Below, in pieces: positions 30,143-39,501 of a stretch of DNA of 64,000 bases. Made by a program: the position numbers and the translations under genes. The notes beneath the pieces were generated by a model. It searched no databases and was not told where the DNA came from. It saw nothing but the letters and a program-made list of their open reading frames with translations. How positions within the stretch are numbered: the stretch's first letter is position 1; each line of letters opens with the position of its first letter. The DNA comes from an uncultured bacterium (GTDB lineage: Bacteria > Verrucomicrobiota > Verrucomicrobiia > Verrucomicrobiales > DEV007): positions 224,001 to 288,000 of the forward strand of contig CAXBMO010000005.1 in NCBI GenBank assembly GCA_963977015.1. Direction: 5' to 3'.

Positions 30143-30775
30143 TCACCGTTCGTTCCAACCTTTCCCTTCAAAGATCTTGGGCCTGCATTTTTCGATTCGC
30201 GCGGACCTGGTTTTGGACTGTTTGGCGGATGAGAAGTGGAGGAGGTAGCCTCGTTGACGACCCGGTGTGAGGGCGGCAAAGGCGGTTTCGAAGTCGGGAT
30301 GTGTTTTGAAGGCTGAGATCAGCTCTTCCGGATATTCCAACGGCGGATCCTCGGGTGACTCCATCTTTTCGCCGGCGTCTTCGAGTTCGATGGCCTGTTG
30401 AATGAAGCTAAGAATCGCATCCTTTCGTGAGTCAATCGCTTGTTCATCCGTGAAACGGAGATAGCGAGCGAATCGGGAATTTTCACCAGGCTTTTCCAGG
30501 AGTTTCTGGGGATCCTTCAATTGTGCCCCTCGGAAGAATGAAAGGACAACGCTCTCTTTCAGTGCGCTCAGCATCAAAACGTTTTTGCCATGATGCGTGT
30601 AGCATGGCGCGCTCCATTTTAGCGTCTCAGCCAACCCGGATTGTTGCACGATGTCTCGCAGCAGGTGGAGTTCGCGAACCCAGGAATTCACTTTGCATTG
30701 GGGAGTTCCTCCGAGTTCACATCGGCCACAACCGCTTTCCAGATAATGATCGACGTTTTCGGGTTTGATCGGCAT
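30143..30775 (-). CDS. YdeI/OmpD-associated (DUF1801) protein
   Basis: ETLKWSAPCY, FAALTPGRQRGY and AKQSKTR motifs. Confidence 0.88.
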   Translation of the reverse strand: MPIKPENVDHYLESGCGRCELGGTPQCKVNSWVRELHLLRDIVQQSGLAETLKWSAPCYTHHGKNVLMLSALKESVVLSFFRGAQLKDPQKLLEKPGENSRFARYLRFTDEQAIDSRKDAILSFIQQAIELEDAGEKMESPEDPPLEYPEELISAFKTHPDFETAFAALTPGRQRGYLLHFSSAKQSKTRSARIEKCRPKIFEGKGWNER

Positions 30776-30827
30776 GGGTCATTAGAAGGGACGGGCCAAT
30801 CCGCGTTCCAGCGCCGTCAAACGCGGC

Positions 30828-31544
30828 TTATTCTTCGGTCACGTTGACCCGAAACCGACGGGAATTGAGCCATTGAACGCCAAACATGTCTTCCGTTGCG
30901 GGTTTGGCGCGTTTGAGGCCTCCGCCGTACTTGCTGTCGCCGTGCTTGCGGGCTCGGTGATTGACGGGCTGCTCAATAACGTTGAATCCGGCACTTTTGA
31001 TCAATGCCGGGATAAAACGATGCATGCCGGTGAAGGGCACGAGGGCTTCGCGGCATTCGCGGCGCATGACTTTGAGGCTGCAGCCGGTATCGCGGACTCC
31101 ATCCCCGGTGAAGCGGCTGCGGACACCGTTGGCGATGCGACTTTGCATCCGCTTAAAGGCGGTGTCTTTGCGATTGGCGCGGTAGCCACAGACGAGATCG
31201 GCGTTCTCGGTTTCGAGAGCGGCCATCAACTTGGCAATGTCGTTGGGGTCGTTCTGAAGATCGCCATCGATGAGGGCGATGAGTTCGCCCTTGGCCCGCA
31301 TCATGCCTTCGTACATGGCGGCGCTTTGGCCGGTGTTCTTGTCGAGACGCAGGACGCGAACACGCTCGCCCTTCCGGATGCGTTCGACAGTCGCGTCGGA
31401 AGAACCATCATCGACGAGGACGAGTTCGTAGTCGATCCCGTCGAGAACCTCGCTGACTTCCTGCTGCATGGGCTCGACGTTGTCCTCCTCATTGTAGAGG
31501 GGAACGACGAGAGAAAGTTTGGGGCTGTGTGAGACTTCGGACAC
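30828..31544 (-). CDS. GT2 glycosyltransferase (DPM1-like)
   Basis: VVPLYNEE, VDDGSSD, DGDLQNDP and DTGCSLK motifs. Confidence 0.9.
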   Translation of the reverse strand: MSEVSHSPKLSLVVPLYNEEDNVEPMQQEVSEVLDGIDYELVLVDDGSSDATVERIRKGERVRVLRLDKNTGQSAAMYEGMMRAKGELIALIDGDLQNDPNDIAKLMAALETENADLVCGYRANRKDTAFKRMQSRIANGVRSRFTGDGVRDTGCSLKVMRRECREALVPFTGMHRFIPALIKSAGFNVIEQPVNHRARKHGDSKYGGGLKRAKPATEDMFGVQWLNSRRFRVNVTEE

Positions 31545-31600
31545 GCCGGGCCAGAATGGAGTGATTTAGGCGCGTCGCAAGCGATGATTTCGCCGGGCGA

Positions 31601-32683
31601 TCAATCCACGCGGATGAGTTTCTCGCTGGAAGGATCAGCTGGACCGACCTTGCCGATGATGGCCTGACACAGAGCACTTTCTTCCTCGAGAATCCTTAGA
31701 ACAGCGTCGAGATTCGCCTCAGGAACGGCGCAAACGAGTCCGCCACTGGTTTGAGCGTCGGCCAGGATGAACTTCATCGCATCACTGACGGAGTCGCCCC
31801 ACGTCATGAATGGCTCGACCGTGCGGAGGTTTTCCTTGGTTCCGCCGGGGACACATTCTTCCTCCTCGACGAGACGCAGGATCTCAGGATCGATCAGCGG
31901 AATGTCGGCAGCGGAGAGGGTGATGGTGGTTCCACTGGATGCGCAGAGCGATTTGAGATGACCGAGTAAGCCGAATCCGGTGACGTCGGTGGCGCACTTG
32001 ACCAAGCCCGCTTCGCCAATGCGCTGACCGGGCGTGTTGAGCGTGCTCATGAGCTTGACGGCCTTATCGACGACGGCTTGGGCGGCCAGTCCGCGTTTGA
32101 TGGCGGTGGTGAGGATTCCAGTGCCGAGCGGCTTGGTGAGGACGAGGATATCTCCGGGCTTGGCGCCAGCGTTCGTCATCATGTTTTTCGGATGAACCAT
32201 TCCGGTAACGGAAAGTCCGTAAATGGGCTCCGGATTTTTGATGGAGTGACCGCCGGCGAGGGCGCATTTCGCCTCTTTGACCTTCTCGGCGCCACCTTTG
32301 AGAATCTCGTTGATGATCTCGCTGCTGACCAGGTCGACCGGCATGCCCATGACGTTCATCGCGGTGATGGGACGACCTCCCATGGCATAAACATCCGAAA
32401 GCGAGTTCGTCGCGGCAATCTGGCCGTAGATGAACGGATCGTCGACAATGGGCGTGAAGAAGTCGACGGTCTGGACGAGGGCCCGCTCTTCATCGAGCTG
32501 GTAGATACCCGCGTCATCAGACGTCGCTGATCCCACCAATAAATTGGGATCTTCATACTGAACTAACCCCCGCAAAACTTGCGTGAGCGCCGATTGGCTA
32601 AGCTTGGATGCTCATCCCGCGCAGGAGGAAAGGGAGGTAAGTTTCAGTTTTTCGTCTGCTTTGGCAGCGTCAGGGGAACTCAT
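31601..32683 (-). CDS. selD: Selenophosphate synthetase (SelD/SenC), selenoprotein with Sec24
   Basis: ATG 32683 gives MSSPDAAKADEKLKLTSLSSCAG-TGA-ASKLSQ, in frame with track ORF 31601..32575 (DDAG, QTVDFFTP, DVYAMGG, TDVTGFGLLGH, DAQTSGGL); TGA at 32612-32614. Confidence 0.95.
32567..32587 (-). promoter_or_regulatory. Candidate bacterial SECIS of selD
   Basis: CTCACGCAA-GTT-TTGCGGGGG hairpin; apical G about 34 nt after the UGA. Confidence 0.65.
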
Positions 32684-32772
32684 GGTCGTAAGTTTCATGT
32701 AAGGCGGTCCGGTGGAGTTTCCAACGAAACTTTTTGCGGATTCGCACGACAAAATGACAGAATAGCTGACGC

Positions 32773-33723
32773 ATGAAGATTTGAATCCTTACACCATCGG
32801 CCGCAGTTTCGCGGACCGGGAATCGCTGCACGGCGAGCCAATGGGCCGAGATGATCGCCGGGCCGGGGTTGGTCATCTCAAAGTGCGAAGGATCGTGCAC
32901 CGGTGGGCCGAAAATCCTGATTGGGCTTCATGCCGAGCGAAGCCACGCGTCGATCGTGAATTTTCGCGAGGAACATCCGGAGGGTCGCGTAATCCTGGCT
33001 CTGACGGGAACCGACATTTATCCCGCGCCCAATGAGACCTCACGCGAATCGATCGAATTGGCGGATCGGCTCGTCGTTCTTCAGCGCAGGGCGTTGAACC
33101 AGCTTCCGCCGGAATCGCGGGACAAGGCGCGGGTCATCATTCAGTCCGCGGTTCGCTTGTCTGACAAACCCGCGAATCCCGATACTTTTGACGTGTGCGT
33201 GGTCGGTCACCTTCGCGATGTCAAGGATCCGCTCCGGGCCGCCAAAGCCGCGCGCCTTCTCCCCGCCACGTCCAAGATCCGCATTCTTCACGCCGGCGGC
33301 CTACTCGATCCCCACTACGAAGAACTTGTCCAGATCGAACAGGCAGAGAACCCGCGCTATCACTACCTCGGCGAGTTGGACGAACAGGGAATCGCGGATT
33401 TGATGGCCCAAAGCCGGATTCTCGTCGTGTCGTCCCGCCAGGAAGGCGGCGCGCGGGTCGTCGGGGAAGCGATCGTGCATGATACGCCGGTGATTTCATC
33501 CCGGATCGATGGAGTCGTTGGCCTGCTCGGTCCGGAGTATTCCGGATATTTTGACGTTGGCGACACCGCAGGTCTCGCGAACCTTCTTTCCAAGGCGGAA
33601 ACAAATCCGGAATTTGCCGCAGCCCTCAACCGTGAAACCCAGGACGTCGCTCTTCAATTTGACCCGCAAGTCGAATGCGATGCCTGGAAACAGCTGATCG
33701 CTGAACTTACCCCCGCTTCATGA
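32773..33723 (+). CDS. senB: Selenoneine biosynthesis selenosugar synthase SenB (GT-B fold) with in-frame UGA at codon 4
   Basis: ATG AAG ATT TGA ATC CTT ACA CCA...GNRCTASQW, in frame with track ORF 32851..33723; LHAERS, LTGTDIY, VGHLRDVKDP and EGGA motifs; located between selD and senA. Confidence 0.88.
32797..32819 (+). promoter_or_regulatory. Candidate bacterial SECIS of senB
   Basis: TCGGCCGC-AGTTTC-GCGGACCGG hairpin; loop begins 21 nt after the UGA with G at loop position 2. Confidence 0.6.
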
Positions 33724-35012
33724 ATTGCTGCCCCCAAGAACTCCTCTCCTGTCTCGATGAAGCCGACTCGCGCATGGTTGCCCTCATTGACACGTTGACC
33801 GACGAACAGCTCCACGTGCCTTATGAACGTGGCATCAATCCGCCCATCTGGGAAATGGGCCATTCCGCGTTCTTCTTTGAGTATTTTTTGCTGCGAGAAC
33901 TCTACGGCGGCGAGGTCCGCATGCCGGGCTACGACGAGATCTGGGATTCGTTCGAGATTCCGCATCGCGAACGCTGGAGCCAGGGCGTCGTCCCGCCAAA
34001 AACCGAATCGTTCGATTACTATCGTCGCGTCATCGACGAGACGCGTTCCAAGCTCGATCGCGAATCCGAGCTTACCGGGAAGGAAGCCTACCTGACGAAG
34101 TACTGCATCGCCCACCAGTGCATGCATCTTGAGTCGCTCATCTGGTCGCGACAAACGCTGGGCTATCCTGCCCCACCCTTCTCCGAACTGGCTCCGGACG
34201 GACTCGAAACCACAATTGATTCCGGGGACGCGGAGATTCCCGGCGGAGACTACTTCATCGGCATTCCTGCTCACGATCAGAATGCGCCGGACGCGACCTT
34301 CAGCTTCGACAATGAACGCCCCGGGTTCACCAAACGACTCGAACCGTTCCAGATCTCCAAGACCCTGGTTTCCAATCAGGAATTCGCTGAGTTTGTCGAT
34401 GACGGCGGCTACGAGAATCCGGACCACTGGAGCTTTGGCGGCAAATACTGGCTGCGCGAGTCCGCCGCCAAACATCCCATCTACTGGCAAAAACGGGACG
34501 GAGAATGGTGGATGCGACGGTTCGATCAACTGGAACCGCTGCGTTTGAAAGCTCCGGCGCTTCATCTCTCGTTCCGCGAAGCGGAGGCATTCTGCAAATG
34601 GTCCGGGCGCCGTCTCCCTACCGAATTCGAATGGGAAGCAGCCGCCCGTGGCCCCGGGGCGTTTCTCTATCCCTGGGGCAACCAAATCGTCGATCACGCA
34701 GCCTGGGACCTCGACGCCAAGTATCTTGGCACGGCTCCGGTTACCGCGTTTCCTCAGGGAGCAAGTCCGTCCGGTTGTCTGCAAATGCTCGGCACCGCCT
34801 GGGAGTGGACCACGAGCCAATATCTCCCGTTCGACGGTTTCAAAGTCGACATGTATCCTTATATGTCGACCCTGCAATTTGGCGATCACAAGACCACGCG
34901 CGGTGGCGGCTGCGCGACGTCTTCCTGCATTATTCGCAACACCTACCGCCAAGCCTATTTTCCGGATCGAAACGACGTCTTCATTGGTTTTCGAACCTGT
35001 GCTCAGGATTGA
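33720..35012 (+). CDS. senA: Selenoneine synthase SenA (EgtB-like; DinB plus FGE-sulfatase domains)
   Basis: INPPIWEMGH, HQCMHLES, RLPTEFEWEAAA, AWEWT, YRQAYFPDRND; start overlaps the senB stop. Confidence 0.88.
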   Translation: MNCCPQELLSCLDEADSRMVALIDTLTDEQLHVPYERGINPPIWEMGHSAFFFEYFLLRELYGGEVRMPGYDEIWDSFEIPHRERWSQGVVPPKTESFDYYRRVIDETRSKLDRESELTGKEAYLTKYCIAHQCMHLESLIWSRQTLGYPAPPFSELAPDGLETTIDSGDAEIPGGDYFIGIPAHDQNAPDATFSFDNERPGFTKRLEPFQISKTLVSNQEFAEFVDDGGYENPDHWSFGGKYWLRESAAKHPIYWQKRDGEWWMRRFDQLEPLRLKAPALHLSFREAEAFCKWSGRRLPTEFEWEAAARGPGAFLYPWGNQIVDHAAWDLDAKYLGTAPVTAFPQGASPSGCLQMLGTAWEWTTSQYLPFDGFKVDMYPYMSTLQFGDHKTTRGGGCATSSCIIRNTYRQAYFPDRNDVFIGFRTCAQD

Positions 35013-35113
35013 ATCCCGGAATCGGGATCGCATTCCAATCCGATAATCCGATTATAATGGCTACGGAATAGCTTGATCCTGTAGTCTAGCGTCAATTCTA
35101 ACCCAATGACTTG

Positions 35114-35704
35114 ATGACTGACTTAAATAATTGGTGGGATGCGATGGGCACAGGCACTCAGATTTTTTACGGGATTGCGCTGCTTTCGACGCTCTGCCTT
35201 CTCATTCAAACAACGCTCTTGCTTTTCGGACTCGACCACGGCGGGGATCTCGACTTCGACGCCGACGCGACGGGAGATTTCGATCATGGAGATGACGGGC
35301 TTTCCCTGCTTTCGGTGCGCACCATCATTTCCTTCCTTGTCGGATTCGGCTGGGTTGGCGTCATCACCACCAAATCCGGTTTGGGCGTTCTCCTCGGATT
35401 GGTCTTCGCCACGATCGCAGGTTTCATCCTGATGTTGACCGTCTTCTGGATCATGCGAAGCTTTGCCCGCCTGCAGTCTGACGGAACCTTGAACTTCACC
35501 AACGCGATTGGAGAAATCGGAACGGTCTACCTACCCATTCCTCCGGAGAAACAATCGGCTGGCCAGATCGAAGTGATGATCCAGGGCAGGCTCATGGTGG
35601 TGCGGGCATTTACCAGTTCCGAGGAGAAACTCGACAACCGTTCCAAAGTCCGAGTGATCGATGTTGTCGGTGAAGACGCGCTCCTCGTTCAGCCCCTGAA
35701 CTAA
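35114..35704 (+). CDS. NfeD-like membrane protein
   Basis: TM helices plus C-terminal OB-fold (GTVYLPIP..GQIEV); upstream of a flotillin. Confidence 0.85.
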   Translation: MTDLNNWWDAMGTGTQIFYGIALLSTLCLLIQTTLLLFGLDHGGDLDFDADATGDFDHGDDGLSLLSVRTIISFLVGFGWVGVITTKSGLGVLLGLVFATIAGFILMLTVFWIMRSFARLQSDGTLNFTNAIGEIGTVYLPIPPEKQSAGQIEVMIQGRLMVVRAFTSSEEKLDNRSKVRVIDVVGEDALLVQPLN

Positions 35705-35744
35705 CCCTTTACCTGGATTTTTTTAACACACAACCCAAAGACCC

Positions 35745-37286
35745 ATGATGGAAACCCAACCCATGCTCGCCATTGCTTTCGAGTTTATTATCGGAGCCGG
35801 CACCTTTATCCTGGCGATTTTCGCAACGATCATCGCCCTCGCCAGTCGCTATAAACGCTGCCCCCCGGACCGCATCCTTGTTCAATACGGACGCATCGGA
35901 AACCGAGGGGCCAAGAGCGCACGCTGCTCTCACGGCGGCGGCGCCTTTGTCTGGCCAATCATTCAGGATCACGCGTTTCTCGATCTGACGCCGATCCCCA
36001 TCGACATCCGGCTGGAGGGAGCACTCTCCCAGCAGAACATCCGCGTGAACACGCCCTCCACCTTTACGGTCGGAATCTCGACCGAACCCGGGGTGATGGA
36101 GAACGCCGCAGAACGCGTCCTGGGCCAGAGCCTGGAACAGGTGCGCGATTTGGCGAAGGACATCATCTTCGGCCAGATGCGCGTCGTCATCGCAACCATG
36201 CCGATTGAGGAAATCAACGCCGACCGCGACAAATTGATCGATTACATCTCGAACGGCGTCGAAGTGGAGTTGAAAAAGGTCGGGCTACGGCTTATCAACG
36301 TCAACATCCAGGATATTACCGATGAATCCGGATACATCGACGCGCTCGGACGCGAAGCCGCGGCCCGGGCGATCAACGATGCCAAGATCAAAGTCGCCGA
36401 GAAAGAGCGCGATGGAGAGATCGGGAAAGCCAGCGCCGAAAAAGTACAACGCACAGAAGTGGCCGCGCTGCATGCCGCCGCGACCGAAGGGGAAAACATT
36501 GCTGCGGTCACGGTCGCCCAGTCGATGGCGGCTCGTCGCGAAGCGGAAGCGGAAGCCCAACGTCGTGGTCAGGCAGCCGAGATGGTGAAAGTTGCCGAAG
36601 CCAAGAAGGAAGCTTACCTCGCCGAAGAAAACGCTGAGCGCCAGCGGGCCAAGCGGGAAGAAGCAACCCAATACGCCAACGTCGTTGTTCCTGCGGAAAT
36701 CGAGAAGCAGCGCATTGAAACGCTGGCTGAAGCCGCCGCTGAAAAAACGCGGCGTGAGCGCACCGGTGAGGCCGACGGTCTCCGTGCCGTTCGTCAGGCC
36801 GAAGCCGATGGTATCAAAGCCGATCTGGTTGCCAAAGCAGAGGCCCTCAAGGTCGAAGCCGAAGGAATCAAGGCACAGCTCGATGCGAAAGCCGAAGGTA
36901 TCCGGAACCTCTACGGATCAGCCGGAGAAGATGCCGATTTCGTGAGCCTCATGCTCGTGATCGAACAACTGCCTCAACTGATCGAGGAGCAGGTCAAAGC
37001 CGTCTCCAACCTGAAGATCGACAAAGTCACGGTCTGGGATGGCGGCAGCAACGGCAAGGGAACTGGTGGCACGACCGACTTTGTCTCGAATCTGGTCAAG
37101 GCGCTCCCGCCCCTGCACGAGTTAGCCGGAAACGTGGGCGTCAAGCTGCCTGAGTATTTCGGCCAGTTGACCGACGGAGGAAAACCAAATGGAGCTTCGG
37201 AACCCCCAATTCGGGTGGCGGAAGCCGAGGCCAAAGTGGCGAACCCGACTCCGAAACTGCCGGAGAAACCTTCCAAAGCCAGCTAA
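35745..37286 (+). CDS. Flotillin/SPFH-domain protein
   Basis: RYKRCPPD, GGGAFVWP, INVNIQDITD, Ala/Glu-rich coiled coil, KIDKVTVWD. Confidence 0.92.
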   Translation: MMETQPMLAIAFEFIIGAGTFILAIFATIIALASRYKRCPPDRILVQYGRIGNRGAKSARCSHGGGAFVWPIIQDHAFLDLTPIPIDIRLEGALSQQNIRVNTPSTFTVGISTEPGVMENAAERVLGQSLEQVRDLAKDIIFGQMRVVIATMPIEEINADRDKLIDYISNGVEVELKKVGLRLINVNIQDITDESGYIDALGREAAARAINDAKIKVAEKERDGEIGKASAEKVQRTEVAALHAAATEGENIAAVTVAQSMAARREAEAEAQRRGQAAEMVKVAEAKKEAYLAEENAERQRAKREEATQYANVVVPAEIEKQRIETLAEAAAEKTRRERTGEADGLRAVRQAEADGIKADLVAKAEALKVEAEGIKAQLDAKAEGIRNLYGSAGEDADFVSLMLVIEQLPQLIEEQVKAVSNLKIDKVTVWDGGSNGKGTGGTTDFVSNLVKALPPLHELAGNVGVKLPEYFGQLTDGGKPNGASEPPIRVAEAEAKVANPTPKLPEKPSKAS

Positions 37287-37340
37287 CCCAGAGTCCATCC
37301 CGGTCATCGAACCTGACCACGCTGAGATGGAGCACCAAAA

Positions 37341-37375
37341 GAGCCGTTTCCCGGAATCAACCCGGGAAACGGCTC
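37341..37375. terminator. Bidirectional terminator hairpin
   Basis: GAGCCGTTTCCCGG-7nt-CCGGGAAACGGCTC, a perfect 14-bp stem between convergent genes. Confidence 0.75.
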
Positions 37376-37413
37376 GTTCTTGTGGAAGGAGATTCTCCAA
37401 TCCCGATGATGCT

Positions 37414-38079
37414 CTAATTCAGCTCGCGAATCTTCAGATTGCGCCAAGCGACATCAAAGGGGCCATTGTTACCGACAGAATGCACCTGAAGGCCAATGAA
37501 ACCTTTGGGGTGTGTCTTGAACTTCTCTTCGTCGACAAGATCAGAGATCTGCTGACCATTGATCCAAACCTGAATTCGCGGACCTGACGCAAGAATCCGA
37601 TAGGTGTTCCACTCGCCATCCTTGAAGTGTTTGTGAGGTTTCAGATCCTCTTTCGGAGTCATCCAACCACCGACCGCCTCGCCGTAAATGTATCCGGCTT
37701 CCGCACCCTTCGATCCGCTCGCCTCGATTTCCACCTGTGGTCCATTGACTCGACCATCGGGTTTTCCGTCCTTTTGATTGGAACGAATTTGCACCCCGGA
37801 GTTGAGACTGTTGTGACACTTCACTTCAAAAATGAGCTCAAAGTCGCCATACAATTTGTCGGTGCAAAGAAAGGAATTGGGGCTCCCTTTTACGGTTGTG
37901 CCGACAATGGTATTTTCTTTGACTTCATAAGTCGCGGTGCCGTTTTTCTGGGTGAAACCGTCAAGGTTCTTTCTATTAAACAGTTCCGTCCAGCCTTCGC
38001 TCGCCTCCTCGCTTTGCGCCCAAGCGGAAAGGGCTACGACAACGGAAAAGCACGATAAGACAATCATTGGTTTTTTCAT
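37414..38079 (-). CDS. DUF1080 (3-keto-disaccharide hydrolase family) secreted protein
   Basis: WTELFNRKNLDG, NSGVQIRS, GFIGLQVH and WRNLKIREL motifs. Confidence 0.9.
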   Translation of the reverse strand: MKKPMIVLSCFSVVVALSAWAQSEEASEGWTELFNRKNLDGFTQKNGTATYEVKENTIVGTTVKGSPNSFLCTDKLYGDFELIFEVKCHNSLNSGVQIRSNQKDGKPDGRVNGPQVEIEASGSKGAEAGYIYGEAVGGWMTPKEDLKPHKHFKDGEWNTYRILASGPRIQVWINGQQISDLVDEEKFKTHPKGFIGLQVHSVGNNGPFDVAWRNLKIRELN

Positions 38080-38199
38080 GTGCGGCGACGATAGCGAGCT
38101 TTCTTTCCGAAGCAATAACCAGAAATATCTGCCTCGATTCGAATGGCCGGGAACGGCGGTCTCGTGAATCGGGAGGCTGCGCGGAGCGCAAACCGATCA

Positions 38200-39117
38200 C
38201 TACACTCCAATGGGCGGCTTGAAGCCCTCCGGTTTGATGACCAGGGTTGAGCACGGAGTGGCCCCAATCACCTTTTCCGCCGTCGTTCCGAGAAGCAGCA
38301 CGTTCAGTCCGGTGCGCCCGCGACTGGCGAGCACGAGCAAATCGATGTCATGTTGCTTCGCAAACTCAATGACTCCGTTGGATGGACTAACGCTTTCGGT
38401 GACGTGAGTCTCGACTTCCAATCCCTCCAGATCTTCCGCGCATTCTTGCCGGATGTCCCGGAACCCGGCTTCGGCTTCCTCGCGCCAGGGCGGCTCGCCA
38501 CCGGGGGGAATCACCTTCGACAGGGCGATCAATTCGCCCAATTTTTCGCCGACGGGCCGAATCACATTCACCAGATGCAGACGTGAGCCAAACTGCCGGG
38601 CGATGGCCGTGGCCTCCCGCACGACCAGTTTTGAGGTGACCGAAAAATCAAGGGCAGCTCCGATGTTCGAAAACGGCTCCTCCTGATGGTAGCGAACCAG
38701 CATCACCCGGATGGGCGCCTTGCGGACACACTTGGCGGCAACAACGCCCGTACGATCGTCGGATCCCGTGAGACCGCGCGTGCCCAGCACCAACAGATCG
38801 GCATCATGACGATAACAGGCCTCGACCAGTTCCAGGAACGGTTGCCCCATCAACACTTCGCACTTCACGGGACCGGGTCTTCCCAGCTGCTCGACGACCC
38901 ACAACTCGAGTTCTTCACGCCCTTTCTTCATCACCTCGGCCTTGGTCAGTTGAATTTTTGAAGCGAGATGCGCGTAGCTTTGCTCATCAATGATGTGAAC
39001 CGCGGTTACTTCCGCACCTTTGGCCCCGGCCAACCGGACCGTCTCCTTCAAGGCATTGGCGGAACAATGAGAGAAATCGATTCCCACGACAATGTGATGA
39101 CTGGTCATGAAACTCAT
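38200..39117 (-). CDS. Tandem universal stress protein
   Basis: IVVGIDFS, DLLVLGTRG and LLGTTAEKV; two USP domains. Confidence 0.9.
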   Translation of the reverse strand: MSFMTSHHIVVGIDFSHCSANALKETVRLAGAKGAEVTAVHIIDEQSYAHLASKIQLTKAEVMKKGREELELWVVEQLGRPGPVKCEVLMGQPFLELVEACYRHDADLLVLGTRGLTGSDDRTGVVAAKCVRKAPIRVMLVRYHQEEPFSNIGAALDFSVTSKLVVREATAIARQFGSRLHLVNVIRPVGEKLGELIALSKVIPPGGEPPWREEAEAGFRDIRQECAEDLEGLEVETHVTESVSPSNGVIEFAKQHDIDLLVLASRGRTGLNVLLLGTTAEKVIGATPCSTLVIKPEGFKPPIGV

Positions 39118-39259
39118 GATCTCATTTCCCAAGCATTTTTGCAGCGCGTAGCTTGCACATCGCTCGCCGCCTGTTGGCAACGGTGCTTCCCAAAAACTTT
39201 TCCCACCTCAGACGCGCACGCCTGGCTCGCTCGGAATCACGCGAGGGTCTAAAAAATAG

Positions 39260-39353
39260 CGGAGTGGGAAGGAATCGAACCAACCTCGGCAAGGATCACT
39301 TGTCGACAACGGTTTTGAAGACCGCGGGGGCCACCAGGCACCCATCGCACTCC
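39260..39353 (-). tRNA. selC: tRNA-Sec(UCA)
   Basis: GGAGTGCGATGGGTGCCTGGTGGCCCCCGCGGTCTTCAAAACCGT...long variable arm...GGTTCGATTCCTTCCCACTCCG; anticodon TCA, discriminator G. Confidence 0.93.
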
Positions 39354-39501
39354 ATTGGCTTATGCAGCGGAGAAGCTTGGTCTCTCAGTCGCTCCCGTCA
39401 ATAAAAACAGACAGGGTATCGTAGCATTTGCACATTTTTTTTTGTGTGCGACTAACCATCTCAAGCAGGGTTGCATCTCTCAACGGATCACAACAGCTAA
39501 T

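Noticed and set aside
30828-31544. GT2 gene downstream of selD as part of the selenosugar pathway
   Set aside because: It looks like an ordinary DPM1-like enzyme; only adjacency supports a link.
32851-33723. Track start of SenB at 32851
   Set aside because: It would delete the conserved TP...GNxxTAxxW N-terminal segment.
33720-33760. Possible Sec in the SenA N-terminus (MNCC)
   Set aside because: The codons are TGC TGC; there is no in-frame TGA.
17117-35012. Alternative genetic code (UGA = Trp/Gly) as the explanation for in-frame TGAs
   Set aside because: Well-conserved genes (bfr, pfp, senB, senA) end at TGA exactly where expected, and Trp is encoded by TGG.
16464-39353. Genomic island or prophage integrated at tRNA-Pro or tRNA-Sec
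   Set aside because: No integrase, phage genes or duplicated tRNA 3' ends were seen.
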